A stretch of DNA of 64,000 nucleotides from Adineta vaga. Its lineage: Eukaryota; Animalia; Rotifera. The stretch lies in NCBI GenBank assembly GCA_021613535.1, contig CP075495.1:16210842-16274841 (forward strand), in the 5' to 3' direction. The notes below the pieces were generated by a model, which saw only the letters and a list, made by a program, of their open reading frames with translations, had not been told where the DNA came from and searched no databases. A program made the position numbers and the translations under genes. This document shows positions 50,188-63,043 of the stretch, piece by piece; within the stretch, counting starts at the first letter, position 1, and each line of letters opens with the position of its first letter.

Positions 50188-51714
50188 TCAATTAAGAGAG
50201 AACAAAGTATTATGGTGAATGAGAATCGTGATCCAATCTAGTTGCGTGCTTATTCGTTTAAATGTTTTCCCACTAATTCGTACAAGCTCCTTGACAAAAA
50301 GATCGAAATCATTCATAACAGCGCGATGATTAATAATGCAGCAACGTATATGCAAGCAATCGTTGAGCATCGTAGTCGATGGAACAGCAACTCCCGATTG
50401 TTGCATCTCGTTTACAATTTTTTCATTTAAAATGTTAATTTCTTCATTATTCACCATATTCGCTGGACGAAGACGAAAACAAACGATATTAAGAGAAACA
50501 GGCCTATTAATTTCTATCCAAGAATAACAACTCAGTAATGATACAAGATACTGGATTTGTTCACAGTTTTCATGGATCTTTTGTCCTAAGCGTTGAATTC
50601 CATGTTCTTTTAAAGTGAACCAGACACTTAACGCACGAAAACCTCGGCTTAATTCAGGTCCCATGCTAAAAAAGAATTGTTGATCGTCGGCAGTGTCATG
50701 CGTATTCATATAATCTTCGTGAAAGGAAAATGTTGCATGTTGTTCCATTTTATTACGTGTTAACAAGCATGCAGCATCAAAAGGAACGTGTAACCATTTA
50801 TGAAAGTCGAAAGCCAATGAATCAGCAGATTCGATGCCGTGGAAACGTGGCTTCAGTTTCTCATCTAAAACTGCCAATGCACCAAAAGCTCCATCAACAT
50901 GAAACCACAGTTCATATTTCGAGGCAAAAGTCTTTAGAGCGAATAAATCATCAACGGCACCTGTATTTACAGTTCCGGCATTACCTATTATACAAAATGG
51001 CACATAACCATTTTGAAGATCTTCAGCTAAGGTCTTCTCCAATTGATCCATATCAATACAATAGTTAGTATCAACAGGAATCATTCGCAGTGCATTGCTA
51101 CCTAAGCCAAGAAGTTCGAAGGCCTTAACGCTCGAAAAATGAGTTTCTTTTGATGCATATCCAACAATTTTCGGACCCCCAATTATGCCTTCAAGTCGAA
51201 CGTTATGATTTTTCCCTAGCACTCGATTACGTGCAATACATAAAGCAATGACCGTGGCCATCGATGTTCCACTAACGAGCAGGCCACCGGAGGTCTGGGG
51301 AAATCCAAATATTTGACGGCACCACTTAAGTACTTGACTCTCAACCAGTGTGGATGATTGGGCACCGCCTATAGCGTTCGAATTCATCGTTGCCGACATT
51401 AACTGTGCTATACTAGCTCCAATATTACCATTACCTGCGGCCCATCCCCAAAATCTTGGATGAACATTCCCGGTGAAATACGGAAAAACAAGGTCGGTGA
51501 AATCCTTGCACACTTTCTCAAAACCTTGTGGAATTTCAGGTAAGGGTTCGTTTAATAAGTCACACACGTTTTTTGGCATTTCAACAATATTGTAGATTGG
51601 TGCTTCTCGTATTCCTTGAATGAAGGAGATCGATTGATCTAGCATAGTGTGTGCCAATGCACGGTACGCAGACCAATTTTCTGGATCTATTTTAGTAGAG
51701 AAAGGTTTGATAAA
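50188..51714 (-). CDS. Group II PLP-dependent decarboxylase (aromatic/amino-acid decarboxylase family), bacterial-like; first exon/start not resolved
   Basis: Motifs DPENW, HPRFWGW, GLLVSGTSMA, THFS, AGTVNTGAVD, WFHVDGAFG, DSLAFDFHKW (PLP lysine), ELSRGFRALSVW, NIVCFR and RCCIINHR. The body is intronless. Confidence 0.9.
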   Translation of the reverse strand, partial: FIKPFSTKIDPENWSAYRALAHTMLDQSISFIQGIREAPIYNIVEMPKNVCDLLNEPLPEIPQGFEKVCKDFTDLVFPYFTGNVHPRFWGWAAGNGNIGASIAQLMSATMNSNAIGGAQSSTLVESQVLKWCRQIFGFPQTSGGLLVSGTSMATVIALCIARNRVLGKNHNVRLEGIIGGPKIVGYASKETHFSSVKAFELLGLGSNALRMIPVDTNYCIDMDQLEKTLAEDLQNGYVPFCIIGNAGTVNTGAVDDLFALKTFASKYELWFHVDGAFGALAVLDEKLKPRFHGIESADSLAFDFHKWLHVPFDAACLLTRNKMEQHATFSFHEDYMNTHDTADDQQFFFSMGPELSRGFRALSVWFTLKEHGIQRLGQKIHENCEQIQYLVSLLSCYSWIEINRPVSLNIVCFRLRPANMVNNEEINILNEKIVNEMQQSGVAVPSTTMLNDCLHIRCCIINHRAVMNDFDLFVKELVRISGKTFKRISTQLDWITILIHHNTLFSLN

Positions 51715-52628
51715 CTATATATGAACCGACGATTACGTTTTGAATATTTAATAGGGTTTACATATGAGTGGTTGGTCGTTTATCCATTAGGCGGAAAATT
51801 ATAAGCTGAAGCTGTTTGCAGAAAAGAAGACATGCGTTGATACAATGTGACAGTGATTACGCAATCCTTAAATAGTTACTTTCACGAAAGCCGAGTAAAG
51901 AGCTTTTAACATGCCACTCCGTTCCATTCAACCTGCTTAGACTTGTAAGGAAGGAAGCTAGATGTAACGAATTATAAAGATTGATGTGATGAACCAGACA
52001 TCATAATGTGTATCTAACTCTTTGGTCTTGTACAACATTGATGATAATTGTACTAGTTCATCTCTTTATACGTTACTGACAAATGGAGAGACATGTTATG
52101 CCTTTATTTCCATTCAGGCTTGATGTTTATTCGGCTATGTACTACATCCAAGTGCAACATTTGCACATTCAACACGAGTTTATATAGTAGAGAGAAAGAA
52201 ACAGAGAGAACAAGGAAGAATACAATTAGTTAATGGAAAAATAGAAAAGAGATAGAAGCACGACATTCAATGAGATTGAACTTACATAATACGTCAATTC
52301 ACATCTCAATATGTATAGTTCTATCAGTGAACTTGTCATCTTTCATCTGTTAATGATTTCTAATCTTAAAACGAGTATCCTTCTCTTATGTAATCCATTT
52401 CTAATATAGTGCTACTCAAAATGTCAAAGCACATTATAACGCATGAATAATTCTTTAGCTATCTCAATTTGACCTAAGGCCAAGTATTGATTGGGACACG
52501 TAAATGTATGAATAGGAAAAGATGACTAACCCATCTCTTCTATAAGTGGAAACGTCATATGGTGAATGCCTAACATATGGTCTGTTGGCACACTAGACTA
52601 GTCAAAAAAGAACATAGGGACACGTGAT

Positions 52629-52916
52629 TAGGGGTGGCACTTTAACTTTGCTTTGAAAAAGTGCTTAAAGTTTAAAGTTTTTACTTTGACTTTAAATTCA
52701 AAGTTAAAGTATTTTACTTTAAAACTTTAATAAAGTTTAAAGTTACGTTAACTTTAATTAAAGGAATTTCACAGTTGAAAATTATTATCCAAAACTATAT
52801 AAAATTAAACAGGGCGAGCTAAAAATATTTTCTATTTTTTACTATACTTTAATTAAAGTTAAAGTTTTAAAGTAAAATACTTTAACTTTGAATTTAAAGT
52901 TAAAGTGCCACCCCTA
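52629..52916. mobile_element. hAT-type MITE
   Basis: TIR TAGGGGTGGCACTTTAACTTT with a perfect 8-bp TSD CACGTGAT (52621-52628 and 52917-52924). Confidence 0.92.
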
Positions 52917-53899
52917 CACGTGATATGGCTTGGCCTGCATTTTTCTGAGAAAAAACGGGAGAATATTTTTAGTAGATATATAGATATAATTCATAATACT
53001 CATCAAGTATTTTTCTCATTTAGTGACGCCAGCTTCGATCATGCCCTTTAGTGGTTTTATTTAGGCAGTTGAAAATATAAACTCTTGTGCAGATGGGCAT
53101 ATCGATTTTCATATCGTATGGTCTTTTTGTGATAATGCTCTTCTATTCAGTTCTTCTATATGATCCTTCGACACTATTCTTGTAGAGTATCCTTTTCGAT
53201 TTCTACTATCCTTCGTCTAGTTAATTCTTTGTTTCATACTTGATTATTCTTGTTCTTGTATATCGTTCAACCTTGTCCTTCCACAATCCTTACATGCTCG
53301 CTCTATTCCATGTCACAATCTCATTCAATTGTGCACACGGCCGAGTAGATTCACGTATAAAGGACGACGCTATAAGATGAGCTAATTATTCTGTGAGACT
53401 TTCTGCTGAAAACGCTTTACCATTCGATGTAACTGTGCTAAGGCAGGCACGCATACAAAGATTCTAAAAAATCCCGCGAAAGTCAGACCTGTCGATTAGG
53501 AAATATGTTAAAGAACAGTTCATTATGCTCTACTGTCCACGAATGTATTACATTATTCTGGAAAAATCAGCAGAATTATCAACTGTTGCAAGGAAAAATA
53601 TGTTCCATGAACCCATGAGGGGTTTATTATCCTACTCACAAGGATACATTATTCTGGATTTTCATTAGAGCAGTTTATTATTTTATGCATAAGGGCAGAT
53701 TACTCTATCGTAGGGGCGAAAGGATCGATCGATGTTCACTAAATGGTAGATTACTGAACGATTTCAGCGAAGGAAGGATCATTTTCGGTTTAAAAAGGTT
53801 TTATCTACATTACAGTAACGTGGGTGGCCCATATAGCAAACAATGATTAGCTAGACAGTGTATTTTGATATATAGGATGTACTCAGGCTTGATTCTATA

Positions 53900-56800
53900 A
53901 TAGCATGTGTCTTATCGTGATTGGTCTTGCTGACCTTCTTAATTACTAGAAAGGATGCTGTGAAATTTCTGGCAAAACTTACAGTAAAACACTAATATGC
54001 ATTATAGCAAGCTCTAAAGTTCACAAGAAAATTCTGATTTCATATTGGGTACGAAGATTATGTTAAAGGGAATGAATCTCGTTAAACCATGGATATACGA
54101 ATAACATTATTTGAGCATCAGAATTCTGTGGGGAACGGACGGATACTATTCATTTATAGAACACAATTTTCAGCCAACCGACATTGATTGTACCATTGCG
54201 AACCTTATAAGTAACTTAATATTTAGCTAGAAAAACAAGTATTTAGCAAAACTACTGCCTAGCGATGAAAGCTCTGCAAGGTTCCATTTGGGTGATGATG
54301 TAAATATCTTCACTGTCTAGTATTTCTTTGAATGGAATGCAACTAAGTGCTATCGTGTTTGTTAACATTTCAATCGGTCAATAGAAATTCCAGACCCGTG
54401 CAACGGTTAAAACAACTCTCACGTATAAGGAGCTATAGTCAACTTTGAATAAGGTTCTTTTTCTTTAATGCTTCTAAACTCTTTCGTAAGCATAATATTC
54501 TATGAATCTTTTTGTGATTTTAGTCATAAACAGTCTTGCAAGGGTTCGATGCACAAAACGAGGATGACTGTTCATCACCGATTGTAGAGCTTTTCATGCT
54601 GCACCTTATAATAAACCTTGCTTTTAACATAAACGATGTAAATTTCAACTATTTTATTGAAAAAACTATCGCTAGCGATGAAAGTTGAGTACATTATATA
54701 TGTAAAATAATCTTCGTTCAGTATCGCTTTTTTTTTTTCTAGAATTTGTCCTTGGAGTATAAGTAGAACTAAGTGTTTTACTGTAAGTCTTGTAGAGAAT
54801 TTTTCACTTAAGCATCTTTCTCTACCGAAGGGTAAAAGAATTTTCCCAGCTCCGTCCTACATAGGACAAACAGATTAGGAGCCATATACGTTCAAAATTC
54901 TTCACAGAGACTCTCATTCTTTATGGGCCGTACCAATGTATAATATCAGATATATTAACTTTCTTGTGATTTAGTTTTCTTCATTTAAACAGTCCTTACT
55001 ATTCCGATGCACAGCTCACGGCAAATGAATTTAGAAAGTCAGACCTTAAGTTCACCGCAAAGTCAGACCTTGGCCCGGATACTTGTCGTAGAAGAGACCG
55101 AGGTTTACTTTATTTCAACAGCCGTTTTTTGCCGTTTTGAAAAACCTAATGGAATATTTGACTTGCGCGATTTTTAGATTTCGCTTTTTTTTCTAAATTT
55201 TTCCTTGGATATAAAGAGAGAATTAATTAATCACAAGAAATTCTATTTCCTTTATTTTTATAATCTTTCTACCAGGCCATTATTTTCCCAGCATCAACTT
55301 GGGGAATTAAGTTTTATTGTCAATTTATCAACATTATAGAACACAATTTCATAAATCGACATTGAATTTTGAATTAGTGGCAGATTAAGTAAATTTAATG
55401 AAAGATCAGGCGGTCTATTTCGGGAACCTAGGATGAGTGTATGACTTTGGGTATGACTGATCACGCCTTGAATGGTTGATCAAGTTTTTCATTCATCGTC
55501 AACAGATTTCGGACCCTCCGCAACGGTTAAATAACTCTCACGTAAAGGTTATCAACTTCTTGAGGAAAGGTTTTCTTTTAATGCTTCTAAAACTTTCGTA
55601 AGATAATGAGTACTATGAATCTTTTTTTGCGTTTCGTCATAAAGTCTTGCAAGGGTTCTTGACTGTCGTGGTTCCTTTTTAGTGTTTTACAATCCAGGAC
55701 TGAGCCAGTCATTTAATCGATTTATTTAAAGAATCCTTTAAAACTTCTCACACGTAAAATGTTCAAAGGTACTGGTAGTGGCATTGAATGTAGACTAGGT
55801 TAAGGAACAAAATAATATATAACAATGACTCGAATTTCGAGTTAAAATGATATGGTTTTGCTTATGAAATTAATAAAATTTATTGTTATATATTATTTTG
55901 TTACTTACGAGGGTAGAAACCAAGGTGTTCAAGTCGCTTAGGTCTCATTTTTCGAACATAAATAGAATTCAATGAGGTATGAAAAACCAAAAGAGGATTC
56001 ATCCTTTCGTACCGTCCTTTCAAAGTTATAGAATTTGTCTGAGAGTATTCAACTGTGCCAATAGTAAAACACGAGGAAACGATTCAATGAACTTCGAAAA
56101 ATGTGATGCTAAAGATGAATTAGCAGATTTTCTTATGGCATAAATCTGAATTTTAATAGTGGAAACGATGCAAACAACAGAGCTGCTTAAATGACTATCT
56201 ATGAACTCGATTTGATACGATTATAGCACGAAATTCTCGTGAAAACGGCTTCATATACTCTTTTATGAATCCTTAATACAGTTGATGAATCTTTTGCATC
56301 TTTCCATCTACCTTTTTTTTATAATTCTTCTTTCAGTTAAGGGTTTATGAAAGTGCAACGTAGAAAGAAACTAGTGTCAATTTATCAACATTATAAACCC
56401 TTTCATAAACTTTTTTTTATTGGTATATGAAAATCAGAAATCGTTTAATGGATGTCTTAGAACGAGTAGAAGAAAAGGATTTAAGCAAAGTTGACAAACA
56501 GTAAAAAAGGGTTTGTGATTCGTTGTACTTTCATAAACGCTTTAAGAGTGTATTGTTCTACGATTCCTTTTGCAGTGTATGCTGTAGATTAGTTTTAATA
56601 GCATCAACACCGCTATACTATTAAGAACATAACAAGATTTACGGTTGTGCGATATATTGGATTTATTTAGAACGGCAGATTCATTCGGATTGATCTGTGG
56701 ATAGTATATAATATCTTCAGCGTCATTCTCTTTCCTACACTCACCCACTTCTATAACCTCATTATCATGGCCACCATTTTGTTGAGAACAACGAAAATTC

Positions 56801-58500
56801 AATACGAATTTCAGATGAGACACAGTGTCCTCATTTTACAGGATATAACAAAACCATTACATCGTTCTTTGCAACTTAGAAGTATAAACGATGAAGAGTT
56901 TTTACATCGTTAATGCTTTTATCAGAACAGTCCCTCCATCAATCAAGAAGGATATCAGATACTCAACTTTCAGGCCTCTTTGTTAAATTATCTTGAATGG
57001 GTTTCAATCGCATACCAAAGTTCACTGGTACTTTATGATTTTCATTCATGTACATATTTTCCGATTGGGTCTGTGTACTAGAAAGTTTTTTTCACATAAA
57101 TTAATTCACAAGAAATTCTGTTATATTGCGACTGGAAAGAATTACATGGATAGAATAACATTATTTGAATCATCAAATTCTGGGGAATCGTTTTATTGGA
57201 TGAAATATTCATTTAATAGAACACAATTTTCTAGCCAAATCGACATTGAAGAATTATCTGTAATCAATCCATCGAAACTGAGCCTCCAGACGTGTACTTT
57301 ATATATTTTGATGAGATATTTCTCTCTGAAAAATCCTGAGAAGTACATATTTTAGCTAAAAACAAGCATACACCCAAGATTTTTCGAAAAAAAACTCTCG
57401 TGAAAATACAAAAAGTAGCAGCGCATCGTGGCATGTAATTCAAAACAATGAAAAAAATTCTCTAGCCAGTGTTGTGTGATAAAGACTCAAAACTATTTAT
57501 AAAGTTGTACAGGAGAAAGGAAATTATATTTTTCTCGTATGAATGAAAAATCAGCACCTTTTATGAGAAAACCTACAATTCGATATTTTCTAAAGTATCA
57601 AAGCGTATAAGAACAGAAATCGGCGCACTAACTTTCATCGAGCAGCTCCTTCTACAAACTATACGCATCGATAGACTTCAGCATAGTAAACACTTTAACG
57701 CACCGCGATGATGTTTTTATGTATCATTCTGACTCTGCTGCGTATAGCATTTTGCAGCTTTTTCTTCCTTATATTTGACTTATGAAAATTGATCTATATT
57801 ATCTATGGTTATGTAGAGCCAAAGGTCGGATTTGTTTTAGTTAAGTTCGAGAAAATATAGGTCTTTTAAATGGCATCACATAGTTGAGTTCATCAAGTTA
57901 ATTAATTAGGCTATAATTAGAATGACGAGCAGATCCTGATATAAAACTAAGAAAATCGAGCCAGTTTGAACTATTGTTCAAAAAATACTTTAAACTGGCT
58001 CGATTTTCATCGTTTTATATCCCGATTTCATCGAGACATGGTCATCACGATTGAAAGCTTACCACTGCCGTACTGCGGCCTATGAAAATGGAACGCTTCC
58101 GCGCAGTGATGATGTGAGGTTCTCGTTTTGGGGCTGTGTTTATAATCTTTAACTTACAATATTATTGTAAGGTTAAATCGCATTTGAAATATTCTGGATC
58201 AATTGGTGTTGAAAAATCTCACTACAAGAAATCAGGCTTACCGTGTCCAGTAATAATATTAGACTGAGATATTCTCTCTGAAAACTCCAGAAGTACATAT
58301 TTTAGCTTTAAAAACAAGAACTAGAATACACTGAAGACTTTGAAAGAAAAGCAACTCTTCGGTAGTAATATAGACATAGAGAGAAAAATAGGGAACCGCA
58401 ATAAAAAAAATTAAAATAACGCAAGAAAGAAAGGTCATCGTGATCTTATGATGATCAATCGTAAAATACATATCCAACAGAAAAGAAAGAAAAGATATGT
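53900..58500. repeat. Mosaic of degraded, locally re-duplicated transposon fragments
   Basis: Diverged direct copies, e.g. about 54395-54546 vs 55518-55657, 54095-54190 vs 57150-57250, and 57310-57365 vs 58270-58320. No credible ORF. Confidence 0.55.
57938..58021. repeat. Imperfect hairpin with ~38-bp arms
   Basis: GATATAAAACTAAGAAAATCGAGCCAGTTTGAACTATT pairs with AATACTTTAAACTGGCTCGATTTTCATCGTTTTATATC. Confidence 0.75.
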
Positions 58501-59229
58501 ATGCGTACGGCTAGTAGGATCAGGCATGAGAGAGAAAAGAACCAGGAAAAAAGCCAAGATATATATATATATATATGTGAGTGGATTGCAACTTTTTGGT
58601 AGAATTATATTTTAGGAGTATTTCGCTAATAAGTCCAGTTTGCCTCGGCCGATTTCAACGATTTTTTTATATGTTATAGTGCTTTGAAAACCCACGATGG
58701 CCATTCTTGCCGAACGTACCGCGATGTATGTTTCTTGGTGTATCATTCTTGACTTCAGTTGCGTATAGCATTTTGCAGCTTTTTCTTCCTTATATTTTGA
58801 CTATAGAAAAAGGAAAGGAGATTGATCAGTCTGGATTTTTTTTTGATCTATTGGTTAGTGGAGTAGTTTCAAAGTTTGAACATTCAGCGCCGGTAACGTT
58901 CATCTAGTTCCAATTGTTCAGAATAAATATAGGTCGTTTTATCAAATATTGACGAACATATATAGTTCAAATCAAGAAATTTGACTAGAATTAGCAGTGT
59001 CTCATTTGCAGATATAGAATGACGAGTTGAGATCAACGTCCTTAGAGGAACTAGGGAAGCGGTAAATCGATGCGAAAAGGTTCTCTCTTATCAAGTTCAT
59101 TTCAAACAAAAGATAAGTGCGGAAACTTCGGATTTTATCCGAGAGTTACATGTACTGCAAAAAGTGTATGGGGAGATGAATGTTCCTAGACAGTGTCTAC
59201 GCATCACCGCAAATTACCACAGAGGAACA

Positions 59230-60285
59230 TCCTGAATGGGTTCGATACCAAAACCAAAATTTTCATGTTTGGTTATAGATGAATTTTTGTATTTGAATCT
59301 ATCGGAATAACGGTCATATGCAACCTGATGAATCTATAAAAAATCTGTGACAGATAGACATATCAGCATTTTCATAATAGATCATCAATATCAATTAGGC
59401 ATGCACCAAATCCGAACGTTCGGGTTCGGGTTCGGTCATTTTTGCTGATTTAATAAAAAGCAGTAGAGGTTAAGTGAAAAAGCGATTTCAGGATTGGCCA
59501 TGGTAAATCTACATACCACAAGATAAATGACCCACAATCGTAAGGTTGAAGCACATTAAAAGCAAACTAAAGATGTTTGGAAGAAAACCGAACCCGAACT
59601 CTAACTTGACCGAACTTTGAGATATTTTCGTAAACCAGTTTTACACTCTAAGAAAGGCTTAGAGAAGTATCTGGATGCTTTAAGTGCACTCAGTTCGGTG
59701 AAGCTGGTACCGAACTCGAACCCGAACCGTTCGAGTTCGGTGCATGCCTAATATCAATAGGTTTGGAGATCAGGTTTTTCCCTTTTGATAGTCGTTCTGA
59801 CTAGCTACAAAACCAACGATTTGAGAAACTCCCAAACTACAGATCATATGAAGCGTATTTAGGCAATTCGGTGTTAAAATACAGTTTTTGTGCATTTTGA
59901 GACCTGTTTTAAGCATTTTTCAAGCAGTTTTTCATTAGTAAACTACGATTTGACTTAAAACCAATACCAGATTCGGAATTAGCGTTCAAAACTGAGTCGA
60001 TTCATATATGCTTTCAATAATTTTGACAGAAAATCTTTTTCCAAAAAAACCCTGTATCCCTCTTCAGGGATGGTCTGGTCAAAAATGACAATTTTTTCGA
60101 TAACTCAACCATTTCTTGAGAGATCATTCTCAGCTTCGAACTCGACCGAGATCTTAATGAGACTGAATTGTGCCCAAAATTTCAGCTTGATCCGTCTGTT
60201 CTATTGAAAGTTATCGTGTATACGGCCGGACGGACATACTGACCTATTCTAGTAATGTACTCACTTTTTGAGTACACAAAAACCA
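59230..60285. mobile_element. DINE/HINE-like element (second family) hosting the MITE
   Basis: GGACGGACA microsatellite and terminal hairpin TGTACTCA-CTTTT-TGAGTACA (60256-60276). The left boundary is approximate. Confidence 0.5.
59396..59750. mobile_element. hAT-type MITE
   Basis: TIR TAGGCATGCACC with GTTCGG subterminal repeats and a perfect 8-bp TSD ATATCAAT. Confidence 0.92.
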
Positions 60286-60856
60286 ATTTTCTAAAAAAAA
60301 AAGACGTTTTATTCACTATGTAGAGTGACGATTACGCTATATATAAATTGTGATTGGCTCAATTGTTTTCGCCTAAACTTTTACCATCGATACATCTTCT
60401 AGACTTGTATAACAGGTAAAAAATTAAACTTTCTATCTCTTACCATTCACAAGATATTTACATCACATGATGCCCGCTAAATCCATGAAAATAACACTTT
60501 TGGTAGTATGTTTACGCTGAAAAAAGTCGTATCTTAGTTGATACGCGACAAACTGTTGGGAAACTTCTGCCAAGTAATGTAGGTGAAGAGTGCATTAAAA
60601 TTAGCTAGTCAGAAACTGTTTAGCCTACTTTTAATTTTTTTCAACCAAGTGTACCAAAAAGTTGCAGTTCACTCATGTATACATATATATATATATATAT
60701 ATAAAATACTAGTTTGCGTCATAAAGTTATATTTATGGACGTTAACAGGTAACTTTTGAAAATCGAAACAGCGCCATTGCGGCGCCGCGATGGTTTTTAA
60801 AAGAAAGTAACCGCGTCACTACCGCGACGCTTTCCAAAAAGATGTTTGAACTTTTG

Positions 60857-62945
60857 GGGTATTACTAATTTATGCTAACACCATACACACACAACTTCTA
60901 AAGTACGGACATAGGTTGCTGCCACTAACGCCCACAGATCAATGAGTTATGATCACTAACACCCACTAACATCCATTTTGTCTGACACTTGGATGCAAGA
61001 AGCCATCAACACAAACGAAAAAAATGACCCCTCTCAACACTAATACCCAATATCTCTCTTATAGTCTGGACTAACATCCAAGTGTGTCTACACTAACACC
61101 CACAGAGCTTCACGATCTACATTTTTACTTAACTAAGTGCCAATTCCGGAACATGTTTTTACAATGAAATTCATTAGACACACATGAAACCAGTCAAAAA
61201 GTGAAATCTGACCCATATAGTTTTCATCTGAGATGCCTATGAAATGAACATTTTTTCAAGGTAGACAAAGCTGATTGAGATCTACAAAATGGTGCTTAGT
61301 TGTATGAGAAAATATGTTCCGCTCGAGCTTCGTTTAACCCATACTCCTGTAGAATGGACAAAACCATGATTTAAGGTCACTTTATACCTACAAAACTTAC
61401 TATATGAGATCCAACCGGCGCGATTTTTCAGGGTAGATAGAACTTATCGAAAGCTACAAAATGATACCAAATTATGTAGGAAAATCTGCTGCGCTCGAGA
61501 TTTTGTGAACACCACACAGCCAGAGATAAAGCCTTTTTAGTATGTATTCACTATACTTTCCCTTCAAAAGCTATAGGGAAGATCTAAACTGAGATCATAT
61601 TGTGAATCAGCATGAAAAATCGCGCCGGTTGGATCTCATATAGTAAGTTTTGTAGGTATAAAGTGACCTTAAATCATGGTTTTGTCCATTCTACAGGAGT
61701 ATGGGTTAAACGAAGCTCGAGCGGAACATATTTTCTCATACAACTAAGCACCATTTTGTAGATCTCAATCAGCTTTGTCTACCTTGAAAAAAATGTCCAT
61801 TTCATAGGCATCTCAAATGAAAACTATATGGGTCAGATTTCACCTTTTGACTGGTTTCATGTGTGTCTCCGCTTGTTCAAGCGTAACGGTGTGAGATTTT
61901 GATGTACACGATTTTCCTAATTTCTTCAAAAAACTATAAACGCTAGAGAGTTCGTTCAATGCGTCATTCGACGTAGCTTGACATACTCAAATTTTCCACT
62001 GTAAAAATGGATTAATTTTCCTGCGAAACTTACAGTACAAATGTAAATTGTTAATAACCAGTTCTATGGAGCTTTTTACGCGCTTCGCGATGGTGAAAAG
62101 AAAATTCTGCTATTTTTTTTATAAGGTAATAAATGCTAAAATACAAACGTAACGGTGTTACATTTTTCGTAACGGTGTGACACACTTTTTTTCAGCCATT
62201 TTTGAGACACTTAACATGCTCAAGATGATTTGATTTTTTGAAGGGTGGGTCCCCGTCGGTACCTTAATGTTCGATAAAAAACCTGACCAGAAAGTTGGAA
62301 GCTGCGTACAAGGATATAGAGCGATCCTGGCTACCAAAGTGAAAACCAAATAGCTCATTTTGTAGAGAATTAAATTCTGCATCGAAAGATATGTCTTGAT
62401 GCGTTTTCTGACAAACTTTATGGTTAAAAAAATCCAAAATACGATTTTTCGAAAGACGAAAACAGGATTTTGGATAAAAAAATTCGACTTTTTTACAAAA
62501 TGGGCATCAGATTCGTAATCAGCATTAAAAACGGCATCTGGTAGCCTCTTCAAATCTCGCCAACTCGAAAAAGTTTTTTTCGAAACTTGATTAGCGAAGT
62601 GTCACTTTACGTGGACAAGCCGGTCTAATGAATTTCATTGTAAAAACATGTTCCGGAATTGGCACTTAGTTAAGTAAAAATGTAGATCGTGAAGCTCTGT
62701 GGGTGTTAGTGTAGACACACTTGGATGTTAGTCCAGACTATAAGAGAGATATTGGGTATTAGTGTTGAGAGGGGTCATTTTTTTCGTTTGTGTTGATGGC
62801 TTCTTGCATCCAAGTGTCAGACAAAATGGATGTTAGTGGGTGTTAGTGATCATAACTCATTGATCTGTGGGCGTTAGTGGCAGCAACCTATGTCCGTACT
62901 TTAGAAGTTGTGTGTGTATGGTGTTAGCATAAATTAGTAATACCC
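60857..62945. mobile_element. Foldback-type non-autonomous element with 574-bp inverted arms (GGG...CCC termini)
   Basis: Left arm 60857-61430 is the reverse complement of 61613-61868 plus 62627-62945, with only a few mismatches. Spacer is 182 bp. No clean TSD. Confidence 0.88.
61869..62622. mobile_element. Non-autonomous TIR element with a 4-bp TSD (Sola-like) inserted in the foldback right arm
   Basis: Imperfect TIRs CCGCTTGTTCAAGCGTAA and TTACGTGGACAAGCCG. TSD GTCT is confirmed against the uninterrupted left arm. Confidence 0.85.
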
Positions 62946-63043
62946 GAACAGAAATCATATCGTGTTAGAAAATTTGAGTTACGAAATAGTACCTTTAGCA
63001 GAAAGTTGAGCCCAACGATGTTTCAATGTGGTCTCATAATTTG

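Larger units (their letters stand above)
58579..60674. mobile_element. Non-autonomous Sola2-like DNA transposon in an (AT)n tract, carrying nested elements
   Basis: GAG...CTC termini, TIRs GAGTGGATTGCAACTTTTTGGTA and TACCAAAAAGTTGCAGTTCACTC, and a perfect 4-bp TSD ATGT. Confidence 0.75.

Noticed and set aside
62158-62553. 131-aa ORF inside the 61869-62622 insertion
   Set aside because: No transposase motif and a non-ATG start; typical of non-autonomous interior sequence.
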